Of a stretch of DNA of 64,000 nt, positions 1 through 8,355 are shown one piece after another. The translations under genes were made by a program, and so were the position numbers. The first letter of the stretch is position 1. The number at the start of each line of letters is the position of its first letter. The stretch lies in the NCBI RefSeq assembly GCF_988243305.1, contig NZ_OZ547136.1. One strand, given 5' to 3'. Under the pieces are notes generated by a model. It was not told the DNA's origin. It saw only the letters and a program-made list of their open reading frames with translations, and made no database searches.

Positions 1-188
1 ATTACGGTAAGGACCTGTGGAGTACTTATCAGACCATCCAGGAGAATATGCTGAAAGGCGGGATTTCCGGTCGCAGTGCAAAAGGAAAACGTATCCACAC
101 CCGTGCCATTCACAGCATCGACACCGATATTAAGCTCAACCGCGCATTGTGGGTAATGGCAGAAACGCTGCTGGAGAGCCTGCGCTGA
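1..188 (+). CDS. C-terminal fragment of an island protein (possibly DUF932 family); 5' end lies outside the window
   Basis: Open frame from window edge to TGA at 186-188; stop overlaps the ATG of the next ORF; position upstream of antirestriction gene as in CP4-type islands. Family assignment is from memory, not verified. Confidence 0.45.
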   Translation, partial: YGKDLWSTYQTIQENMLKGGISGRSAKGKRIHTRAIHSIDTDIKLNRALWVMAETLLESLR

Positions 189-433
189 TGCAGCATGTCC
201 CTGAAGGCGTGATTCAGGCACCAGAATCACCCGACGCCCCGGAGGCGCTGCCGGGGTGTCGTTCCATTTCTGATGATGACCTGTGCGCCTGGTGTACCCG
301 TCTGCTTTACCGTCCCGGAGAAATCAGTCTGTGCAGACTGAGTACAGGCAATGGCATCTGGCCATCCGTCTGTGACCGGAACGGTTACGCGTACGGCTGT
401 CCGGAATTTCAGCCGAATATCATTCATCCCTGA
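188..433 (+). CDS. Small cysteine-rich hypothetical protein (81 aa), possibly DUF905/YkfF-like
   Basis: ATG at 188 overlaps upstream stop (TGATG), suggesting translational coupling; 7 Cys in 81 aa; sits between DUF932-like and antirestriction genes. Confidence 0.45.
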   Translation: MQHVPEGVIQAPESPDAPEALPGCRSISDDDLCAWCTRLLYRPGEISLCRLSTGNGIWPSVCDRNGYAYGCPEFQPNIIHP

Positions 434-526
434 TATTACCGGGTCTCACGGTCAGTGATGAACGTGATGTTGCCAGCTCCCGACCTTTACTCCCTCTCAT
501 TTATTCACATTACAAGGATTTCATAC

Positions 527-1000
527 ATGAAAACATTGTCTCAGAACACCACCTCTTCGGCCTGTGCACCGGAGACTGGCCTGCAACAACTGGTTGCCAC
601 CATAGTCCCTGATGAACAGCGCATCAGCTTCTGGCCGCAGCATTTTGGCCTCATTCCACAGTGGGTGACCCTGGAGCCCCGTGTCTTCGGCTGGATGGAC
701 CGTCTGTGCGAAAACTACTGCGGTGGTATCTGGAATCTGTACACCCTGAACAACGGCGGGGCATTTATGGCCCCTGAACCGGATGACTATGATGACGAAA
801 CATGGGTACTGTTCAATGCCATGAACGGTAACCGCGCTGAAATGAGCCCGGAAGCCGCCGGCATTGCCGCCTGTCTGATGACGTACAGTCATCACGCCTG
901 CCGTACGGAGTGTTATGCCATGACGGTTCATTATTACCGTCTGCGGGATTACGCCCTGCAGCATCCGGAATGCAGCGCCATTATGCGCATTATTGACTGA
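527..1000 (+). CDS. Antirestriction protein, KlcA/ArdB family (YfjX/YafX-like)
   Basis: Translation MKTLSQNTTSSACAPETGLQQLVATIVPDEQRISFWPQHFG... matches my recollection of the K-12 prophage antirestriction paralogs; AAGGA RBS 9 nt upstream of ATG 527. Confidence 0.85.
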   Translation: MKTLSQNTTSSACAPETGLQQLVATIVPDEQRISFWPQHFGLIPQWVTLEPRVFGWMDRLCENYCGGIWNLYTLNNGGAFMAPEPDDYDDETWVLFNAMNGNRAEMSPEAAGIAACLMTYSHHACRTECYAMTVHYYRLRDYALQHPECSAIMRIID

Positions 1001-1015
1001 AAGGGGGCAGGAACA

Positions 1016-1492
1016 ATGCAACAGCTTTCCTTTCTGCCCGGAGAGATGACGCCCGGCGAGCGCAGTCTCATTCTGCGGGCCCTGAAAACCCTGGACCGCC
1101 ATCTTCATGAACCCGGCGTGGCCTTCACCTCCACCCGTGCGGCACGGGAATGGCTGATTCTGAACATGGCGGGACTGGAGCGTGAAGAGTTCCGGGTGCT
1201 GTATCTGAATAACCAGAATCAGCTGATTGCCGGTGAAACCCTCTTCACCGGCACCATCAACCGCACGGAAGTCCATCCCCGGGAAGTGATTAAACGCGCC
1301 CTGTATCACAATGCCGCAGCCGTGGTGCTGGCACACAATCACCCGTCCGGTGAAGTCACCCCCAGTAAGGCAGACCGCCTTATCACGGAACGTCTGGTAC
1401 AGGCACTGGGCCTGGTGGATATCCGGGTGCCGGACCATCTGATAGTCGGTGGCAGCCAGGTTTTCTCCTTTGCCGAACATGGTCTGCTTTAA
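1016..1492 (+). CDS. RadC-like JAB/MPN domain protein (YeeS/YkfG/YfjY family)
   Basis: 158-aa ORF with intact JAMM-type motif HNHPSGEVTPSKAD; conserved position after antirestriction gene. Confidence 0.9.
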   Translation: MQQLSFLPGEMTPGERSLILRALKTLDRHLHEPGVAFTSTRAAREWLILNMAGLEREEFRVLYLNNQNQLIAGETLFTGTINRTEVHPREVIKRALYHNAAAVVLAHNHPSGEVTPSKADRLITERLVQALGLVDIRVPDHLIVGGSQVFSFAEHGLL

Positions 1493-1554
1493 CCCGCCAC
1501 AACCACATCACACCTGTTTTCACTTTTATCTTCTGTCTTCAGAGGTATCCCATT

Positions 1555-1776
1555 ATGAAAATCATCACCCGTGGTGAAGCCATGCGTATTCACCAACAGC
1601 ATCCTGCATCCCGTCTTTTTCCGTTCTGTACCGGCAAATACCGCTGGCACGGCAGCACTGAAACGTATACCGGTCGTGAAGTGCAGGATATTCCCGGTGT
1701 GCTGGCCGTGTTTGCTGAACGCCGTAAGGACAGTTTTGGCCCGTATGTCCGGCTGATGAGCGTCACTCTGAACTGA
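1555..1776 (+). CDS. DUF987 protein (YeeT/YkfH/YpjJ-like)
   Basis: 73-aa translation MKIITRGEAMRIHQQHP...YVRLMSVTLN is near-identical to K-12 YeeT as I recall it. Confidence 0.85.
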   Translation: MKIITRGEAMRIHQQHPASRLFPFCTGKYRWHGSTETYTGREVQDIPGVLAVFAERRKDSFGPYVRLMSVTLN

Positions 1777-1794
1777 GTCAGTAAGGGCATTCTG

Positions 1795-2439
1795 ATGAGC
1801 AGAATTATCACCACCACCGTGTATACACTGCATGAGCTATCCTCCACCGCACAGGAAAAAGCCCGCGACTGGTACCGTCAGCATCATGCTGACAGCAACT
1901 GGTATGAAAACGTGTATGAGGACTTCAGGGAGGTCTGTGGCATTTTCGGAATTGACCTCCGCCAGCGCGTTTTCCGGCTCAGCAACGGCAGGTTTATGGA
2001 AGAGCCGTGCATCTGGTTCAGCGGATTCTGCAGTCAGGGGGACGGAGCCTGTTTTGAAGGGCGCTGGCACTGGCAGCCAGCGACACCCCGGAAAATCAGG
2101 GAATATGCCCCTCAGGACCGTGAGCTTCATCGTATCGCGGATGCCCTGCAGGCGGTACAGAAGCGTAACTTCTGGCAGTTACAGGCTGAAATCAGTCACC
2201 GGGGACGTTACTGCCATCCGTACAGCATGGATATCACCGTCACCCGGAACAGTCCGACTGGTCAGGCACTGACAGCCGATGCGGAAGCCGCTGTCAGCGA
2301 AGCCCTGCGCGACCTGGCCTTCTGGCTGTACCGCCAGCTGGAAAACGAGTACGACTGGCTGACCTCAGACGCCGCTGTAGATGAGGCCATTCACATCAAT
2401 GCATATACCTTCACCGAAGCCGGTCTCCACGCCGGCTGA
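1795..2439 (+). CDS. Hypothetical protein (214 aa), unknown function, inserted between DUF987 gene and cbeA
   Basis: Uninterrupted 645-nt ORF; ATG preceded by AAGGG; Trp/Cys-rich; no family recognised. The K-12 yeeT-cbeA type modules have no gene here. Confidence 0.55.
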   Translation: MSRIITTTVYTLHELSSTAQEKARDWYRQHHADSNWYENVYEDFREVCGIFGIDLRQRVFRLSNGRFMEEPCIWFSGFCSQGDGACFEGRWHWQPATPRKIREYAPQDRELHRIADALQAVQKRNFWQLQAEISHRGRYCHPYSMDITVTRNSPTGQALTADAEAAVSEALRDLAFWLYRQLENEYDWLTSDAAVDEAIHINAYTFTEAGLHAG

Positions 2440-2488
2440 CCTGTCATCGTTAAACTATCATTCACCAATTTTTTGTGAGGATTTGATC

Positions 2489-2866
2489 GTGTCAGACACA
2501 CTCCCCGGGACAACACTTCCCGACGACAATCACGACCGCCCCTGGTGGGGGCTGCCCTGCACCGTGACGCCCTGTTTCGGGGCACGTCTGGTGCAGGAGG
2601 GTAACCGGTTGCATTACCTTGCAGACCGCACCGGTATCAGAGGCCGGTTCAGCAATGCGGATGCATACCATCTGGACCAGGCTTTTCCACTGCTGATGAA
2701 ACAACTGGAACTCATGCTCACCAGCGGTGAACTGAATCCCCGCCATCAGCATACCGTCACGCTGTATGCGAAAGGGCTGACCTGCGAAGCTGATACCCTT
2801 GGCAGTTGTGGTTACGTTTATCTGGCTGTTTATCCGACACCGGCAGCACCCGCAATCACCGTATAA
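2489..2866 (+). CDS. cbeA: Type IV TA antitoxin CbeA (YeeU) homolog
   Basis: GTG start with GTGAGGA RBS; translation VSDTLPGTTLPDDNHDRPWWGLPCTVTPCFGARLVQEGNRLHYLADR... matches K-12 CbeA. Confidence 0.9.
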   Translation: MSDTLPGTTLPDDNHDRPWWGLPCTVTPCFGARLVQEGNRLHYLADRTGIRGRFSNADAYHLDQAFPLLMKQLELMLTSGELNPRHQHTVTLYAKGLTCEADTLGSCGYVYLAVYPTPAAPAITV

Positions 2867-2912
2867 CCCCGGATATCTCCCCTTTATCACCACCTGTTAC
2901 AGAGAACTTAAG

Positions 2913-3287
2913 ATGAATACATTACCCGACACTCACGTACGGGAGGCATCGGGCTGCCCGTCTCCCGTCACCATCTGGCAGACACTGCTCACCCGACTGC
3001 TGGACCAGCACTACGGCCTCACGCTGAATGACACACCGTTCGCTGATGAACGTGTGATTGAGCAGCATATTGAGGCAGGTATTTCACTGTGTGATGCGGT
3101 GAACTTTCTCGTGGAAAAATACGCGCTGGTGCGTACCGACCAGCCGGGATTCAGCGCCTGTACCCGCTCTCAGTTAATAAACAGCATCGATATCCTCCGG
3201 GCTCGCAGGGCGACCGGCCTGATGACCCGCGACAATTACAGAACGGTAAATAACATAACCCTGGGTAAGCATCCGGAGGCGAAATGA
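2913..3287 (+). CDS. cbtA: Type IV TA toxin CbtA (YeeV) homolog, cytoskeleton-targeting
   Basis: 124-aa translation; C-terminal ~100 aa (LLDQHYGLTLNDTPFADERVIEQHIEAGISLCDAVNFLVEKYALVR...) matches K-12 CbtA; N-terminus divergent. Confidence 0.9.
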   Translation: MNTLPDTHVREASGCPSPVTIWQTLLTRLLDQHYGLTLNDTPFADERVIEQHIEAGISLCDAVNFLVEKYALVRTDQPGFSACTRSQLINSIDILRARRATGLMTRDNYRTVNNITLGKHPEAK

Positions 3288-3775
3288 TGAAACTGGCCCT
3301 GACGCTGGAAGCCGACAGCGTTAACGTACAGGCACTGAACATGGGGCGCATTGTCGTTGACGTCGATGGTATTGAGCTTGCTGAACTGATTAACGTGGTC
3401 TGCGATAACGGTCACTCCCTTCGTGTTGTTGATGAATCTGACCGAGCCTCAACAGACTGCACGCCACCATTTGCTGCCCTGACCGGCATACGCTGCAGTA
3501 CCGCGCATATCACGGCAAAAGACAACGCCTGGCTGTACTCGCTGTCGCATCAGACGAATGACACCGGCGAATCAGAATGGATTCATTTTACAGGCAGCGG
3601 ATATCTGTTACGTACCGATGCGTGGTCATACCCGGTTCTGCGGCTTAAACGCCTGGGCCTGTCAAAAACGTTCCGCCGCCTGGTTGTCACACTCATCCGA
3701 CGTTATGGCGTCAGTCTCATTCATCTGGATGCCAGCGCTGAATGCCTGCCGGGTTTACCCACTTTCGACTGGTAA
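3284..3775 (+). CDS. DUF5983 protein (YeeW-like), overlaps cbtA stop
   Basis: ATG at 3284 overlaps cbtA stop (ATGATGA); 163-aa ORF in the conserved position after cbtA. Confidence 0.75.
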   Translation: MMKLALTLEADSVNVQALNMGRIVVDVDGIELAELINVVCDNGHSLRVVDESDRASTDCTPPFAALTGIRCSTAHITAKDNAWLYSLSHQTNDTGESEWIHFTGSGYLLRTDAWSYPVLRLKRLGLSKTFRRLVVTLIRRYGVSLIHLDASAECLPGLPTFDW

Positions 3776-3777
3776 CC

Positions 3778-3984
3778 ATGAACAACATGAAATCATTAAC
3801 CACGGAAACCGCACTGGATATTCTGATTGCGTGGCTGCAGGACAATATCGACTGCGAATCGGGAATTATCTTTGACAACGATGAGGATAAAACAGATTCG
3901 GCAGCACTGTTGCCCTGTATCGAACAGGCCAGGGAGGGTATCCGTACCCTGTGCCAACTGCAGCTTCTGCACCAGAACCGATGA
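3778..3984 (+). CDS. Small acidic hypothetical protein (68 aa), possibly DUF957-like
   Basis: ATG 2 nt after the previous stop; acidic DNDEDK stretch; family assignment from memory only. Confidence 0.5.
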   Translation: MNNMKSLTTETALDILIAWLQDNIDCESGIIFDNDEDKTDSAALLPCIEQAREGIRTLCQLQLLHQNR

Positions 3985-4073
3985 GTCTTACTCATTCACT
4001 CACCAGACTTCATTCCAATGACGTCAGCCTGAACAGGGCTGGCGTTTTCGTTTATAAACCAAAAGGAAAAACG

Positions 4074-4919
4074 ATGATGTCAGATATCACAATCTCCCGC
4101 CTGGAAGTGGTCAACGGACATACGGACATTATCTGCTCCACCTCAGTCAGCCACATTCTGGCTGTGCGAAAGACTACACTGCTGCAAATCGACACACTTA
4201 TCCGGCAACTGACTGAAATATCAGCAATGACAGAAAGTATTGGCGGTAAAACCGCACTGGACTGGGCCATGAAACAGGATTTTCGCTGCGGCTGCTGGCT
4301 CATGGATAAACCTGATACAGCAATGAAAGCTATCACCCGCAATCTCGATCGCGAAATCTGGCGTGACCTGATGCAATGCTCCGGGATGCTTTCCTTAATG
4401 GATGCACAGGCCCGTGATACATGGTACCGATCACTGGAGTACGATAATTTTCCGGAAATCAGTGAAGAGAATATTCTGAGTACGTTTGAGCAGCTACACC
4501 AGAATAAGGATGAAGTGTTTGAGCGAGGAGTGATCAACCTCTTCAGAGGGTTGAGCTGGAATTACAAAACCAATTGCCCCTGTAAATTTGGCAATAAAAT
4601 TATCGTCAACAATCTGGTGAGGTGGGACCGGTGGGGATTGCATCTTATCACCGGGCAACAGGCAGATAGACTTGCCGACCTGGAAAGAATGCTGCATCTG
4701 TTCAGCGGCAAACCGATCCCCGACAACAGGGAAAACATAACTATTCATCTGGACGAACATATCCGGTCTCTTCAGGGAAAAGAATGCTATGAAGATGAGA
4801 TGTTCATTATTAAATACTTTAAGAAGGGCTCTGCGCACATCACGTTCAGGAAGCCAGAACTGGTTGACAGACTGAATGATATTATCGCAAAACACTATCC
4901 TGATATGCTGGCAGTATAG
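4074..4919 (+). CDS. Hypothetical protein (281 aa), island cargo next to serX; possibly DUF4942-like
   Basis: AAGGAAAA RBS before ATG 4074; long ORF with lower GC than core; no catalytic motif recognised. Confidence 0.6.
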   Translation: MMSDITISRLEVVNGHTDIICSTSVSHILAVRKTTLLQIDTLIRQLTEISAMTESIGGKTALDWAMKQDFRCGCWLMDKPDTAMKAITRNLDREIWRDLMQCSGMLSLMDAQARDTWYRSLEYDNFPEISEENILSTFEQLHQNKDEVFERGVINLFRGLSWNYKTNCPCKFGNKIIVNNLVRWDRWGLHLITGQQADRLADLERMLHLFSGKPIPDNRENITIHLDEHIRSLQGKECYEDEMFIIKYFKKGSAHITFRKPELVDRLNDIIAKHYPDMLAV

Positions 4920-5026
4920 CTTTGCCAGTATGCTCAAAGATCGGAAATTGTCCGATAAGATATGATCGTGGGGCATATAAACCGGTTTCAGATGGCATAC
5001 CCGGTGGCATACTGTCTGGAAGGATA

Positions 5027-5060
5027 AATAAAAAAGCGCATGTTAAACAATAACATGCGC
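5027..5060 (-). terminator. Rho-independent terminator of serX
   Basis: Perfect 10-bp inverted repeat GCGCATGTTA/TAACATGCGC with 5-nt loop, followed on the minus strand by a T-tract, just downstream of the tRNA 3' end. Confidence 0.7.
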
Positions 5061-5068
5061 TTGTAATC

Positions 5069-5156
5069 TGGCGGTGAGGGGGGGATTCGAACCCCCGATA
5101 CGTTGCCGTATACACACTTTCCAGGCGTGCTCCTTCAGCCACTCGGACACCTCACC
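5069..5156 (-). tRNA. serX: tRNA-Ser (GGA), serX
   Basis: Reverse complement reads GGTGAGGTGTCCGAGTGGCTGAAGGAGCACGCCTGGAAAGTGTGTATACGGCAACGTATCGGGGGTTCGAATCCCCCCCTCACCGCCA: 88 nt, long variable arm, CCA end. Confidence 0.95.
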
Positions 5157-5350
5157 AAATTGTTGTTCCTGTCTTGCTGGAACGGGCGCTAATTTAGGGA
5201 AATCATGACCTGAGGTCAACAAACTTTTTTAAAAAATCGCGCGTTTATTCAAACTTCAATCAATATGCAGTTTTAATAAGCGAAATCTGCTTTTTTTGCC
5301 ACCGACCACGGATTTGTTATGCTGGTGGCTTTTGTAGATCATAACGATAA

Positions 5351-6328
<978 letters not shown>

Positions 6329-6382
6329 TAAAGCATCAGGTTTCCTGCTATCCTTGGCGGGAATTGAATACAGGAGAGAGTT

Positions 6383-7120
6383 ATGTATCCCGTCGACCTT
6401 CATATGCATACCGTTGCCAGCACGCATGCATATAGCACATTGAGTGATTACATTGCCCAGGCCAAACAAAAGGGCATTAAACTTTTTGCGATCACCGATC
6501 ATGGCCCGGATATGGAAGATGCGCCGCATCACTGGCACTTCATTAACATGCGTATCTGGCCGCGAGTGGTTGATGGGGTTGGGATCCTGCGCGGCATCGA
6601 AGCTAACATTAAAAATGTTGACGGTGAAATTGACTGCAGTGGCAAAATGTTTGATTCGCTGGATCTGATTATTGCCGGTTTTCATGAGCCGGTGTTTGCG
6701 CCGCATGACAAAGCGACCAATACGCAAGCGATGATCGCCACTATCGCCAGCGGCAATGTGCATATAATAAGCCATCCCGGAAATCCGAAATATGAAATAG
6801 ATGTTAAAGCCGTTGCTGAAGCAGCTGCGAAACATCAGGTGGCGCTGGAAATCAATAATTCCTCATTTTTACACTCACGTAAGGGCAGTGAAGACAATTG
6901 TCGTGCGGTAGCCGCAGCGGTACGTGACGCTGGAGGTTGGGTGGCATTAGGCTCGGATTCTCACACCGCGTTTACCATGGGTGAATTTGAAGAGTGTCTT
7001 AAAATCCTCGACGCGGTAGATTTTCCGCCAGAGCGCATTTTGAATGTTTCTCCGCGCCGCTTACTGAACTTCCTTGAATCTCGCGGTATGGCACCGATTG
7101 CGGAATTTGCAGACCTTTAA
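6383..7120 (+). CDS. ycdX: PHP-domain phosphatase YcdX
   Basis: 245 aa; N-terminal DLHMHT metal-binding motif. Confidence 0.93.
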
Positions 7121-7143
7121 TTACTAGTAATGGAAATATATTA

Positions 7144-7698
7144 ATGAACGAGTTTTCTATCCTCTGTCGTGTGCTGGGTTCGCTCTATTACCGCCAACCA
7201 CAAGATCCTTTACTGGTGCCGCTGTTTACCCTGATTCGTGAGGGGAAACTGGCTGCGAACTGGCCACTGGAGCAGGATGAGTTGCTGACACGTTTGCAGA
7301 AAAGCTGTGATATGACGCAAGTCTCTGCCGATTACAATGCGTTGTTTATCGGCGATGAATGTGCTGTGCCGCCATATCGTAGCGCATGGGTTGAGGGCGC
7401 GACGGAAGCGGAAGTGCGCGCTTTTCTTTCCGAACGGGGGATGCCATTAGCGGATACGCCAGCCGATCACATCGGCACATTGCTGCTCGCGGCTTCCTGG
7501 CTGGAAGATCAGTCAACGGAAGATGAGAGCGAAGCACTGGAAACACTGTTCAGTGAGTATCTGTTACCCTGGTGTGGTGCGTTCCTTGGTAAAGTGGAGG
7601 CCCATGCAACTACGCCTTTCTGGCGCACCATGGCACCGCTAACCCGCGATGCCATTAGTGCAATGTGGGACGAGCTGGAAGAAGATTCTGAAGAGTAA
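7144..7698 (+). CDS. ycdY: Chaperone YcdY (TorD family)
   Basis: 184-aa ORF; K-12 gene order. Confidence 0.9.
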   Translation: MNEFSILCRVLGSLYYRQPQDPLLVPLFTLIREGKLAANWPLEQDELLTRLQKSCDMTQVSADYNALFIGDECAVPPYRSAWVEGATEAEVRAFLSERGMPLADTPADHIGTLLLAASWLEDQSTEDESEALETLFSEYLLPWCGAFLGKVEAHATTPFWRTMAPLTRDAISAMWDELEEDSEE

Positions 7699-7799
7699 AT
7701 GTGATCTACGTCACTCATAACTGCAACAGATAATTTGTTGTTGCATAAAATGTGTGCTCGATCTCATTCATGGCCGCGTTTTCTGCTATCATGCGCGGC

Positions 7800-8291
7800 A
7801 TGAACATACTTCTCTCTATTGCAATCACAACAGGCATTCTCTCCGGTATCTGGGGATGGGTGGCTGTTTCCCTGGGCTTACTAAGCTGGGCGGGCTTCCT
7901 GGGCTGTACGGCCTACTTTGCCTGCCCGCAAGGTGGGCTGAAAGGGCTGGCGATCTCCGCTGCAACCCTGCTTAGTGGCGTGGTGTGGGCGATGGTCATT
8001 ATTTACGGTAGTGCACTGGCACCACATCTGGAAATTCTCGGTTATGTCATAACCGGTATTGTCGCGTTTCTGATGTGTATTCAGGCCAAACAGCTGCTGC
8101 TTTCATTTGTTCCGGGAACGTTTATAGGCGCATGCGCGACGTTTGCCGGGCAGGGTGACTGGAAACTGGTGTTACCTTCGCTGGGGCTCGGGTTGATATT
8201 TGGTTACGCAATGAAAAACAGCGGCCTGTGGCTGGCGGCGCGTAGTACGAAGACCGCTCACCGTGAGCAGCAAATCAAAAATAAAGCGTGA
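7800..8291 (+). CDS. ycdZ: Inner membrane protein YcdZ (DUF1097)
   Basis: Hydrophobic 163-aa protein from MNILLSIAITTG; ORF extends upstream but K-12-length start chosen. Confidence 0.85.
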   Translation: MNILLSIAITTGILSGIWGWVAVSLGLLSWAGFLGCTAYFACPQGGLKGLAISAATLLSGVVWAMVIIYGSALAPHLEILGYVITGIVAFLMCIQAKQLLLSFVPGTFIGACATFAGQGDWKLVLPSLGLGLIFGYAMKNSGLWLAARSTKTAHREQQIKNKA

Positions 8292-8355
8292 GGGGCACTC
8301 ACGCTTTCGCTTAAACAGTAAAATGCCGGATTATTAATTCCGGCATTTTTATCTA

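Noticed and set aside
149-187. Upstream extension of the small Cys-rich ORF to ATG 149
   Set aside because: The first 13 codons would overlap the upstream coding frame; the ATG at 188 coupled to the stop is more plausible.
521-1480. 319-aa ORF on the minus strand
   Set aside because: Antisense across the antirestriction and RadC-like genes, which have recognisable translations; no RBS context.
2381-2488. Upstream extension of cbeA to ATG 2381
   Set aside because: Would overlap the end of the 214-aa ORF; the K-12 CbeA N-terminus corresponds to the GTG at 2489, which has a good RBS.
3951-4073. Upstream extension of the 281-aa ORF to ATG 3951
   Set aside because: Overlaps the 68-aa ORF and lacks an RBS; ATG 4074 has an AAGGAAAA RBS.
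4052-4976. Minus-strand ORFs (161 and 160 aa) near the island edge
   Set aside because: Antisense to the 281-aa plus-strand ORF; low-complexity Ser/Ile-rich translations.
4882-5142. 86-aa minus-strand ORF
   Set aside because: Runs through the serX tRNA gene and its terminator.
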